Source: Candidatus Fervidifonticultor sextus
Lineage (GTDB): Bacteria; Sysuimicrobiota; Sysuimicrobiia; Sysuimicrobiales; Humicultoraceae
NCBI GenBank assembly: GCA_031459875.1
Contig: JAVKHQ010000041.1
Span: forward strand, 1-21,220
Direction of reading: 5' to 3'
Length of the DNA: 21,220 nucleotides
A program made the position numbers and the translations under genes. Below the pieces are notes generated by a model. That model saw only the letters and a list, made by a program, of their open reading frames with translations. It did no database searches and had not been told where the DNA came from. Below are positions 1-8,376 of this stretch, one piece after another. Every line of letters starts with the position of its first letter. Position 1 is the first letter of the stretch.

Positions 1-355
1 GCGCGGCGGCATTGGCGTCGTTCTCCACGTAGACCTGGACTCCCAGCCGCCCGGCCAGCCGCTCGCCTAGCGGCACCTCCCGCCAGCCCGGCAGGTTCGG
101 GGGCTCGAACACGATGCCCGTGGCGGGATCCAGCGGACCCGGCGCGCCCACCCCCACGCCGGCCACCGTGCGGAAATCGATCCCGGACCGCGCCACCACG
201 GTGCGGACGCTCTCGGCGATGGCCTCGATGCCGGCGTCCGGGCCGGAGGCCGGCGTCGGGATCCGGACGCGCTCCAGCACCCGGCCGCCTTCCTCGACGA
301 GCGCCGTGAGGATCTTCGTCCCGCCCAGGTCCACGCCGATGATCGGCCTCGCCAT
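1..355 (-). CDS. ROK family sugar kinase (glucokinase-like), N-terminal part; runs off the window
   Basis: Not in ORF track. Manual translation from ATG 355 gives MARPIIGVDLGGTKILTALVEEGG...GVGVGAPGPLD...PPNLPGW...VYVENDANAAA, with the ROK motifs GVDLGGT and ENDAN. GGAGG SD upstream at 364-368 (minus). Confidence 0.92.
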   Translation of the reverse strand, partial: MARPIIGVDLGGTKILTALVEEGGRVLERVRIPTPASGPDAGIEAIAESVRTVVARSGIDFRTVAGVGVGAPGPLDPATGIVFEPPNLPGWREVPLGERLAGRLGVQVYVENDANAAA

Positions 356-567
356 GACCCGCACCTCCGCCGACTGTTTCGGTTCGACCGGGCGCGCTCC
401 TGGCTGGGGCCAGGTTCCGGAGGCGCGCCTCCGTGAACCGGACGAGGGGGCTGCCTGCACAGATACCCGCAATCCTGCCCGGATCCCATCCGGGTGATCC
501 GGGCCCAGAGGAGGGGGTCTGGGGGGGCCAGAAGTACACTGCGCTGCGCTGTCTGGGAGGTGCCGGC

Positions 568-1449
568 ATGCCTGAGACCGGGTTCATCTATATGGCGGCG
601 ATCATCCTGGTGGGCTTCTACATCGCCTACTCGGCCATCAAGATCGTCCGCGAGTACCAGCGGCTGGTGGTCTTCCGCCTCGGCAAGTGCATCGGCCAGA
701 AGGGCCCGGGCATCGTCTGGCTGTGGCCCTTCGTCGACCGCGCCGTGTGGGTAGACCTCCGCGAGGTCTTCCTCGAGATCCCGTCGCAGACGTGTATCAC
801 GCGCGACAACGCGCCGATCAACATCGACTTCCTGATCTACTGGAAGGTCGTCGACCCCGTCAACTCGGTAATCGCCGTCGGCGACTTCGCCGGCGCGGCC
901 CGGGGCATCGCGACCACCACGCTGCGTGCGGTCATCGGCGACATCATCCTGGACGACGTCCTGGCCCGGCGCGAGCAGATCAACCAGGTGCTGCGCTCCA
1001 AACTCGACGAGGTGACGGAGCGGTGGGGCGTCAAGGTCACCACCGTGGAGATCCGCGAGATCCTGCCCCCCAAGGATGTGCAGGAGGCGATGACCCGGCA
1101 GATGTCCGCCGAGCGGACGCGGCGCGCGGTCGTCACCGAGGCCGACGGGAAGAAGCAGGCGACGATCACCGTGGCCGAGGGCGAGCGGCAGTCCGTCATC
1201 CTCCGGGCCGAGGGCGACCGACAGGCGGCCATCTTGCGGGCCGAAGGCTTCGCGCTGGCCCTCGACAAGATCTTCTCGGTGGCCAGGACCGTGGACAGCA
1301 AGACGATGGCCCTGCAGTACCTGGAGACCCTCAAGGCCCTGGGCGCGGGCGCGGCGACGAAGTTCATCTTTCCCATGGAATTCACGAAACTGCTGGAGCC
1401 CCTCGTGGAGATGACGGATCGGGGGTTCAAGAAGGAATCGGAATCCTAG
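568..1449 (+). CDS. SPFH/stomatin (band 7) domain membrane protein
   Basis: N-terminal TM helix, then VVFRLGK, ITRDNAPINID, TTLRAVIG, WGVKVTTVEIREI, AMTRQMSAERTRRA, ALQYLETL. GGAGG at 556-560 favours ATG 568 over the track's 433 start. Confidence 0.93.
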   Translation: MPETGFIYMAAIILVGFYIAYSAIKIVREYQRLVVFRLGKCIGQKGPGIVWLWPFVDRAVWVDLREVFLEIPSQTCITRDNAPINIDFLIYWKVVDPVNSVIAVGDFAGAARGIATTTLRAVIGDIILDDVLARREQINQVLRSKLDEVTERWGVKVTTVEIREILPPKDVQEAMTRQMSAERTRRAVVTEADGKKQATITVAEGERQSVILRAEGDRQAAILRAEGFALALDKIFSVARTVDSKTMALQYLETLKALGAGAATKFIFPMEFTKLLEPLVEMTDRGFKKESES

Positions 1450-1952
1450 CGCCCGCCGCGCCCTTCGCTCGCGTTGGCGCCAGCGTTCGGGATCCCCGCC
1501 GGGGGCCCGGGCGTCCCGGCGTTGATCTGCTCCAGCGCTGCGGTCGAGACGTTGTGCCCGATCTGGGAGACCTCCATCGCGCGGTCGAGGGCCGCGCGGG
1601 CCTGCTCCGAGGTCACCTGCTCCTGCGCCTTCTTGAGCAAATCCATGTGCTTGAGCGTGGCCTCTCTGACGATCTCCAGCGCGCGCTGCGTTCCGGGGTT
1701 GTCGGCCCGCAGCTGCTTGGCCTCCGCCGCCACCGTGCGCATCAGGGTCCGGTACTCCTCGATCCTGGCGCGTAGCGCAGTCAGGTCGCGGGTTCTCGCC
1801 GCCTCTACGATCCTCGCCACCAGGGCATCCGCCTGACGAAGGCGCTCCAGCACGGTCTTGACCGGGTCGGCCGGCGCGGTCGCGCCGGGTAGCGCGTGCC
1901 CTGCAATCAACACACCGGCCACGAACACACCCACCAGAGCGCGAGCGTCCAT
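1446..1952 (-). CDS. Secreted all-alpha hypothetical protein, DUF5667-like
   Basis: MDARALVGVFVAGVLIAGHALPGATA is signal-peptide-like. Amphipathic helices include EATLKHMDLLKKAQEQVTSEQARAALDRAMEVS. AGGTGG SD upstream. Shares CTAG with the convergent SPFH stop. DUF5667 likeness is from memory. Confidence 0.7.
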   Translation of the reverse strand: MDARALVGVFVAGVLIAGHALPGATAPADPVKTVLERLRQADALVARIVEAARTRDLTALRARIEEYRTLMRTVAAEAKQLRADNPGTQRALEIVREATLKHMDLLKKAQEQVTSEQARAALDRAMEVSQIGHNVSTAALEQINAGTPGPPAGIPNAGANASEGRGGR

Positions 1953-2085
1953 GGAACCCCACCACCTGACGCCTTTGCTGTCGTTCTGCCCACTGCCTCG
2001 CCGCACCAGACGGGGCGGGTCGTCCCATGCGGCCCGGGGCCTCGCTACGTCCCGTCCGTGGCCTCGGCCGGCCACCGCGGAGGCC

Positions 2086-3186
2086 CTACACGATCGCCTG
2101 ATGGGTCTGGGGATCGAACAGGTGCATCTTGCGCAGGTTGAACACGACCTCGGTCTCGTGGCCCATGCGCGCCTCGCTGTGGGCGTCCACGCGGGCCACG
2201 AACACGTGGGGCCCGCGGCTCAGGTGCAGGATCACGTCCGACCCCAACGGCTCGTGCACCTCGACCATCGCCCGCAGCGCCCAGGCCGCGTTCGCGTCAC
2301 GCGCGAAGGCCCGGTCCTGGATGTCCTCGGGCCGGATTCCGAAGATCACCTGCTTGCCCACCCAGGCCCGGGCCTGCTGGGCGATCTCGTCGGGGACCTC
2401 CATGGCGAAGGCGCCCGCGTCGATGACCGTCTTGCCGTCGCGCTGTGCCAGGGCCGCCTCGATGAAGTTCATCGCCGGGCTGCCGATGAACCCCGCGACG
2501 AAGAGGTTGGCCGGCTTCTCGTACAGGTTCAACGGCACATCGACCTGCTGGACCACGCCGTCCCGCATCACCACGATCCGGTCTCCCATGGTCATCGCCT
2601 CAACCTGGTCGTGGGTCACGTAGATCGTGGTCGTCTGCAGCCGCGCCTGGAGCTTCTTGATCTCGGCCCGCGTCTGCACCCGCAGCTTCGCGTCCAGGTT
2701 GGACAGCGGCTCGTCCATCAGGAACACCTGCGGCTCGCGCACGATCGCCCGGCCCAGGGCCACGCGCTGGCGCTGGCCGCCGGAGAGCTGCTTGGGCTTC
2801 CGGTCCAGCAGCCCCTCGATCCCCAGCAGCGCGGCGGCCTCCTTCACCCGCCGGTCGATTTCGCTGCGCGGGTACCTCCGCAGCCGCAGGCCGAAGGCCA
2901 TGTTGTCGTAGACCGACATGTGCGGGTAGAGGGCGTAGTTCTGGAACACCATGGCGATGTCCCGATCCTTCGGCGCCACGTCGTTGACCCGCCGCTCCCC
3001 GATGTAGATGTTGCCGGCCGTGGCCTCCTCCAGCCCGGCGACCAGCCGCAGCGCCGTGGTCTTCCCGCACCCCGATGGACCCACCAGCACCGTGAACTGC
3101 CGGTCCGGCACCTCCAGGGTCACGTTGTTGACGGCCGTGACCTGGCCGAACTTCTTCGTGACCGCCTCAAGGTAGACGCGCGCCAT
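2086..3186 (-). CDS. Carbohydrate ABC transporter ATP-binding subunit (MalK/MsmX/UgpC type)
   Basis: Walker A GPSGCGKTT, VFQNYALYPHM, signature LSGGQRQRVALGRA, Walker B FLMDEPLSNLDAKLR, YVTHDQ, and C-terminal TOBE region (GIRPED). GGAGG before ATG 3186. Confidence 0.96.
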   Translation of the reverse strand: MARVYLEAVTKKFGQVTAVNNVTLEVPDRQFTVLVGPSGCGKTTALRLVAGLEEATAGNIYIGERRVNDVAPKDRDIAMVFQNYALYPHMSVYDNMAFGLRLRRYPRSEIDRRVKEAAALLGIEGLLDRKPKQLSGGQRQRVALGRAIVREPQVFLMDEPLSNLDAKLRVQTRAEIKKLQARLQTTTIYVTHDQVEAMTMGDRIVVMRDGVVQQVDVPLNLYEKPANLFVAGFIGSPAMNFIEAALAQRDGKTVIDAGAFAMEVPDEIAQQARAWVGKQVIFGIRPEDIQDRAFARDANAAWALRAMVEVHEPLGSDVILHLSRGPHVFVARVDAHSEARMGHETEVVFNLRKMHLFDPQTHQAIV

Positions 3187-3222
3187 CGTCGCCCTCCACA
3201 ACGGATCCCCTCGACAATCTCA

Positions 3223-3231
3223 ATTGTACCA
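3223..3231 (-). promoter_or_regulatory. Possible extended -10 promoter (TGnTACAAT) for the ABC ATPase gene
   Basis: Minus strand reads TGGTACAAT about 37 nt upstream of ATG 3186, in a locally AT-rich intergenic patch. No good -35. Confidence 0.4.
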
Positions 3232-3266
3232 TCCCTGTCTGCACGCCAGCCACGCGCCCGCCGGCC

Positions 3267-4334
3267 CTATGGCCGCGCCAGATGCTGCTTGATGGCCCGG
3301 ATCGCCTCGATGGGGGTCGGATCGACCCTCCGCAGGACGGCCAGGTACGCGCTGGCGTAGTCCCCCAGGAGGATCAGCGAGAGCATCCGGGCCAGTCGGC
3401 CGACCCCGTGGGACCAGACTTCCATGGCGCCGCGGGCGCGCCCCACCAGCCGCTCGCGGGCGGCTTCCAGGCGCCGCGCATTCGCCGCACCGTCCTCCCG
3501 ATCCCTCAGGAAGACCACGTGGAACGGCGGCGCTCCTCCGGTCACCCCCTCCCACCCGACGATCTCGTTGTGGGTGAGCTCGGGAAAGGCGTTCCAGGCG
3601 GCGGGGACCTTGCTGTTCTCGTTGAACTGGGTCTTCCAGCGTTGGGCCGCCGGCGCCATCGCCGCCGAGCCCGCGTAGACCACCGGAATGGCGCCCTCCA
3701 GCGCCACCGCCAGCGCCTTGGCGGGATTGCCCGAAAGGGGGACCGCAGGACCCCAGCGGGCGGTCAGGTCGTCCAGCAGACGGGCCGCCTCATCGACCTG
3801 CCGGCGCATCCCCTCTTCGGCCTCCGCTCCACCGCCGGCCCGGGCCACCAGGCGCACCATCGGCACCAGCAGATAGGGCAGGGCCGCGCGCGGGGGCAGG
3901 CCGGCAGGCACGCGGACGACGGGGTGCCCGCGGCGGTCGGCCAGGTCCGCCAGCCGGCCGCCGGACGTGACGGCCACCACCTGCGCCCTTCGGCGGCAGG
4001 CCTGCTCGTAGGCGGCCAGCGTTTCTTCCGTCTCGCCCGAGTAGGAGCACGCGAAGAACCACGTGCGGGAGTCGACGGAGGAGGGGATGCGCTCGTCCTT
4101 CACGGACAGCACCGGCACGGGTATCTGGTCGGCCAGCAGCGCCTGCAGCACCTCTCCGGCGATGCCGGATCCGCCCATACCGCAGACGACGACCGCCGCG
4201 GGCGGGGTCGCGGGGGGAGCCAGATCAGCCGCCAGATGCCAGCCCTCCGAGGCCATCGAGCCCGCGCGGCCGATCAGGCCCAGCATGCCGGCCGTGTCGA
4301 GACGGGCGATCCCGCCGGGGTCATCGAGCACCAT
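3267..4334 (-). CDS. Bifunctional phosphoglucose/phosphomannose isomerase (PGI/PMI family, SIS fold)
   Basis: GMGGSGIAG, SYSGETEET, TSGG, PRAALPY, RWKTQFNENSK, FPELTHNEIVG and DPTPIEAI motifs. Start placed at MVLDD; the track's upstream extension is not credible. Confidence 0.92.
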   Translation of the reverse strand: MVLDDPGGIARLDTAGMLGLIGRAGSMASEGWHLAADLAPPATPPAAVVVCGMGGSGIAGEVLQALLADQIPVPVLSVKDERIPSSVDSRTWFFACSYSGETEETLAAYEQACRRRAQVVAVTSGGRLADLADRRGHPVVRVPAGLPPRAALPYLLVPMVRLVARAGGGAEAEEGMRRQVDEAARLLDDLTARWGPAVPLSGNPAKALAVALEGAIPVVYAGSAAMAPAAQRWKTQFNENSKVPAAWNAFPELTHNEIVGWEGVTGGAPPFHVVFLRDREDGAANARRLEAARERLVGRARGAMEVWSHGVGRLARMLSLILLGDYASAYLAVLRRVDPTPIEAIRAIKQHLARP

Positions 4335-4433
4335 CGCAGGAGGGATTCGGTCGCCTCGCGTCGATTCCCTGGGGGCACCCACGGCGCCTGCAAGAGGGGG
4401 TGCTGGCGCCGGCGCGAACCATAGACACCGACC

Positions 4434-4781
4434 ATGCACGGACCGGGGCCCAGGCCGCCGTTGCGCGGGACCGAACTCCGCCGCCTCCTCGTCCTGCGGG
4501 GCCGGCTGCGGGATGAGGTGGCCGGCGCGCCCCGCCGCGTCCAGCGCGAGGTGCTGCGCGCCCTGGAGCTGGCCCGCCGCCTGCGCCTGGAGGGGTGCGC
4601 GCGCCCCTGGACTCCGCCCGCGATGGCCCCGGACGAACTGCTGCGGGAGATCAAGTGGCGGGTGGATGTGGCCTCCCTGGCCGAGGTCAGCGCCGCGGTC
4701 CGGGTGCTGGACCGCGCCAGGCGAGGCGGCGCATGGCGCACCCTGCGCGGGCCTGGAAGGAGGGCATCCCGTGCCCGCTGA
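4434..4781 (+). CDS. Hypothetical Arg-rich helical protein (115 aa)
   Basis: Core codons are strongly G/C at third positions like neighbouring genes. Fills the gap and overlaps the MscS start by 11 nt. No SD, no recognisable family; start uncertain. Confidence 0.55.
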   Translation: MHGPGPRPPLRGTELRRLLVLRGRLRDEVAGAPRRVQREVLRALELARRLRLEGCARPWTPPAMAPDELLREIKWRVDVASLAEVSAAVRVLDRARRGGAWRTLRGPGRRASRAR

Positions 4782-5664
4782 ACCCGGCCTGCTCCGGCGC
4801 CTGACCGCGGAGGCGGTCCACCCAGCCCGTCTGGAGGCGGCGGTCGAGAGCCTGATCGCCGTCGCCATCATCATCGTCGGTGTGCGGGCGGCGCTGGCGC
4901 TCGGGGTGGCGTTGCTGCGCCGCACGCTGCGGCCGGACGACCCCCGCCGGCCGCCGGACCGGGCCGCGCAGATCCGGACGTTGGAGCCCCTGCTGGAGTC
5001 GGCCCTGCGCTACGTCCTTTACTTCACCGGCCTGATCATGGTCCTGGACCGGCTCCACTTCAACGTCTCCGCACTGCTGGCCAGCGCCGGCATCGCCGGG
5101 CTGGCGATCGGCTTCGGCGCCCAGCACCTGATCCGGGACATCATCGCCGGGTTTTTGATGCTCTTCGAGGGCCTGATGCAGGTGGGCGATGTGGTCCGCA
5201 TCGGCGACACCGTCGGTGTCGTCGAACGGGTGAGCCTGCGGACCACGCAGGTCCGGCAGTACTCGGGGGAGCTGGTGACGATCCCTAACGGCATCATCCA
5301 GCAGATCGGCAACCGCAGCCGGGGGTTCATGCGCGCCCTGGTCCAGGTCGGGTTCGCCTATGAGGCGGACCTCCGGCGCGCCATGGCCCTCATGCACCAG
5401 GTAGGCCAGGACTGGGCCGCACAGCACGCCGACCTGGTCCTGGGCCCCCCCGAGGTGGAGGGCATCCTGGAGTTCGGGGGCTCCGAGGTCGTCGTGCGGC
5501 TGGCCGTCATGGTGAAGCCTGAGTACGCCGTCTCCGCCGAGCGCCAACTGCGCCTGGCGTTGAAGGAGGCCCTCGACCGGGAGGGCATCGAGATCCCCTA
5601 CCCCCGGCGCGTCGTGTACACCCGTCCGACACCCATTCCGCCCGGCGCGGAGCAGGCGAGGTAG
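4771..5664 (+). CDS. Small-conductance mechanosensitive channel (MscS family)
   Basis: LLASAGIAGLAIGFGAQHLIRDIIAG, VGDVVRIGDTVGVVERVSLRTT, LVTIPNG and GIEIPYP motifs. GTG 4771 follows AAGGAGG. Confidence 0.93.
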   Translation: MPAEPGLLRRLTAEAVHPARLEAAVESLIAVAIIIVGVRAALALGVALLRRTLRPDDPRRPPDRAAQIRTLEPLLESALRYVLYFTGLIMVLDRLHFNVSALLASAGIAGLAIGFGAQHLIRDIIAGFLMLFEGLMQVGDVVRIGDTVGVVERVSLRTTQVRQYSGELVTIPNGIIQQIGNRSRGFMRALVQVGFAYEADLRRAMALMHQVGQDWAAQHADLVLGPPEVEGILEFGGSEVVVRLAVMVKPEYAVSAERQLRLALKEALDREGIEIPYPRRVVYTRPTPIPPGAEQAR

Positions 5665-5670
5665 CCGCGG

Positions 5671-6594
5671 GTGCGGGTCCTGGTCACCGGGGGAGCCGGA
5701 TTCATCGGCTCGCAGATCGCGGAGGCGCACCTCCGGCGCGGCGACGAGGTCGCGGTGGTGGATTCGATGGCCTCGGGACGCCCCGAGTTCGTCCCGGCCG
5801 GCGCGCGATTCTACCAGATGGACGTTCGCGATCCCGCCATCGGCGACGTCGTGGCCGAGGTGCGGCCCCACCTGATCAACCACCACGCGGCCCAGGCCTC
5901 CGTCAGCGTCTCGATGCGGGATCCGGTCCGTGACGCCGACGTCAACGTCCTGGGCACGATCCGCCTGGCGGCCGCCGCGGCGGCTGCCGGTGTGCCGCAC
6001 TTCATCTTCGCCTCCACGGGCGGCGCGCTCTACGGCGAGCCCGAACGCCTGCCGGCCGACGAGTCCACGCCGATCGCGCCCCTCTCCCCCTATGGCTGCG
6101 CGAAGGCGGTCGCTGAAGCCTACCTGGCGCTCTACCACAGGCTGTACGGGCTGCGGGTCTGCTGCCTCCGGTACGCCAACGTCTTCGGCCCGCGGCAGGA
6201 CCCCCACGGCGAGGCGGGGGTGGTCGCGATCTTCGCGCGGGCCATGCTCGACGGACGGCCGGCGACCATCTACGGCGACGGAGAGCAAACACGGGATTTC
6301 CTCTTTGTGGAGGACGCGGTCCGCGCCAACCTGCTGGCGGCCGACCGACGCGCCGAGGGCGCGGTGAACATCGGCACCGGAGAGGCCACCACGGTCAACG
6401 CCATCTATCGGCTGCTGGCGCGCCTGACCGGCACGACCGCCGCGCCGACCTACGCCCCGCCCCGGCCGGGCGACGTGCGCCACATCACCCTGGACGCATC
6501 CGCTGCGCGAAGGCTGCTGGGCTGGACGCCTGCCGTCTCGCTGGAAGCCGGCCTGGCGGCCACCGTCGAGTGGTTCAGGCGGCAGTCCGGGTAG
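5671..6594 (+). CDS. NAD-dependent nucleotide-sugar epimerase/dehydratase (UDP-glucose 4-epimerase-like extended SDR)
   Basis: TGGAGFIG Rossmann motif, HHAAQ, ASTGGALYG, catalytic YGCAK, LRYANVFGPRQ, GDGEQTRDF. Confidence 0.93.
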   Translation: MRVLVTGGAGFIGSQIAEAHLRRGDEVAVVDSMASGRPEFVPAGARFYQMDVRDPAIGDVVAEVRPHLINHHAAQASVSVSMRDPVRDADVNVLGTIRLAAAAAAAGVPHFIFASTGGALYGEPERLPADESTPIAPLSPYGCAKAVAEAYLALYHRLYGLRVCCLRYANVFGPRQDPHGEAGVVAIFARAMLDGRPATIYGDGEQTRDFLFVEDAVRANLLAADRRAEGAVNIGTGEATTVNAIYRLLARLTGTTAAPTYAPPRPGDVRHITLDASAARRLLGWTPAVSLEAGLAATVEWFRRQSG

Positions 6595-6657
6595 CCTCCC
6601 GCGGGCCTTCCGGTGGAGGATTTCCTCCGCCCCGACGCCAAGTCAGACGGAGGCATC

Positions 6658-8376
6658 ATGGCCCCCTCCCGCGGACATTTCCTCCTGACCCTGCACGCGC
6701 ACCTGCCCCTGGTGCTGGGGCACGGCCGGTGGCCCCACGGGAGCGACTGGCTGTGCGAGGTGACCGTCGGGTGCTACCTGCCGCTGGTCGCGGTGCTGGA
6801 CCGACTGGCCCGCGAGGGCCGACGGGCCCTCCTCACGCTCAACGTCTCCCCCGTCCTCGCCGAGCAACTGGCCCACTCCGCCTTCCGGACCGAGGTCGAG
6901 GCCTTCCTCCACCAGCGCCTCGACGCGGCCGCCGAGAACCGGGCGCACTTCGAGCGCAGCCGCCAGGCCGACCTGGCCGACCTGACGCGGTTCTGGGAGC
7001 ACACCTATCGCCGCGCGCTGGAGTTGTTCCGGGCCCTGGAGGGGGACCTGCTCGGGGCCCTCCGCCGGCTGGCCGGGGCAGGGGTCATCGAGCTCATCAC
7101 CACGGCCGCGACCCACGCCTACCTGCCGCTGCTGGGCCGCGAAGAGTCCATCGCCCTCCAGTTGCGCCTGGGGGCGGCGACGCACGCGCGGCACTTCGGC
7201 GCCGCCCCGCACGGCGCCTGGCTGCCCGAGTGCGGGTATCGACCGCGGTATGAGTGGACGCCGCCGGTGGGCCAGCTGCGGGGGAAGGTCAGGCGGAAGC
7301 GCCGCGGCATCGAGGAGCATCTGAATGCCTGCGGGCTGGCGTTCTTCATCACCGACGCCCATCTGCTCCGCGGCGGCAGCGCGCTGTCGCCCTACCGTGA
7401 CTACTTCCCTGCGCTGCGCACGGTCGGGGCCACCTCAGAGCACCCGGCATTCATGCGGGACCGGACGCCGTATCGCCCCTACGTGGTGGCCTCCCGCGGC
7501 GGGCAGGGTGAGGCGGTCGTCTTCATCCGCGATCCCCGCACGACGATGCAGGTGTGGAGCCGCGAGGCCGGCTACCCCGGCGACGGCGCCTACCTGGAGT
7601 TCCACAAGAAGCACTTCCCCGGCGGGATCCGCTACTGGCGGGTCACCGATCCGACGAGCGACCTGGGCGCCAAGCTGGTCTACGTCCCCAGAATGGCGCA
7701 GGAGGCGGCGGCGGCCCATGGCGCCCACTTCGCCCAACAAGTCGCCGACGTCCTGGAGGCCGAGGCCGCCCGCTCCATGCGGCCGGTGGAAACCTGTAAC
7801 CCCTACGACGCGGAGCTCTTCGGGCACTGGTGGTTCGAAGGACCGCACTTCCTGGAGCACGTGATGCGCCGGCTCCCCGACCTGGACATCGCCCTGGAGA
7901 CGCTGGGCGGCTATCTCGCGCTCAATCCCCCTTCGGAAGCCATCACGCTCCTGGAAGGGTCCTGGGGCGAGGGGGGCGACCACCGGGTCTGGCTCAACCG
8001 CGACACCGAGTGGACCTGGGAGATGCTCTACGCCGCCGAAGAGGAGTTCTGGACGCTGGCTTCGGGCCTCTCGTGGGAAGGTCGGCCGCCCCTGGAGCGC
8101 CTCCTGGCCCAGGTGGCGCGCGAACTGCTGCTCCTGCAGGCATCCGACTGGCAGTTCCTGATCACCACGCAGGCCGCGCGCCACTACGCCGAGACGCGGT
8201 TCGCCGAACACTATGCGCGGTTCGTGCGCCTGGCCAACATCCTCCGGTCGGCCGCCGAGGGGCAGCCGGTGCGGGCCGATGACGAGCAGTTCCTGGCCGA
8301 GCAGGAGGCGGCGGACTTCCCATTCCCGGAGGTCCTGGAGCACGTGGGGGCCGCGCGGGAGGTGCGGTCGCTGTGA
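6658..8376 (+). CDS. GH57 1,4-alpha-glucan branching enzyme (DUF1957 C-terminal domain type)
   Basis: LHAHLP, ATHAYLP, nucleophile WLPECGY, YLEFHKK, acid/base PYDAELFGHWWFEG, EGSWGEGG, LLLQASDWQF. GGAGG before ATG 6658. Confidence 0.92.
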   Translation: MAPSRGHFLLTLHAHLPLVLGHGRWPHGSDWLCEVTVGCYLPLVAVLDRLAREGRRALLTLNVSPVLAEQLAHSAFRTEVEAFLHQRLDAAAENRAHFERSRQADLADLTRFWEHTYRRALELFRALEGDLLGALRRLAGAGVIELITTAATHAYLPLLGREESIALQLRLGAATHARHFGAAPHGAWLPECGYRPRYEWTPPVGQLRGKVRRKRRGIEEHLNACGLAFFITDAHLLRGGSALSPYRDYFPALRTVGATSEHPAFMRDRTPYRPYVVASRGGQGEAVVFIRDPRTTMQVWSREAGYPGDGAYLEFHKKHFPGGIRYWRVTDPTSDLGAKLVYVPRMAQEAAAAHGAHFAQQVADVLEAEAARSMRPVETCNPYDAELFGHWWFEGPHFLEHVMRRLPDLDIALETLGGYLALNPPSEAITLLEGSWGEGGDHRVWLNRDTEWTWEMLYAAEEEFWTLASGLSWEGRPPLERLLAQVARELLLLQASDWQFLITTQAARHYAETRFAEHYARFVRLANILRSAAEGQPVRADDEQFLAEQEAADFPFPEVLEHVGAAREVRSL

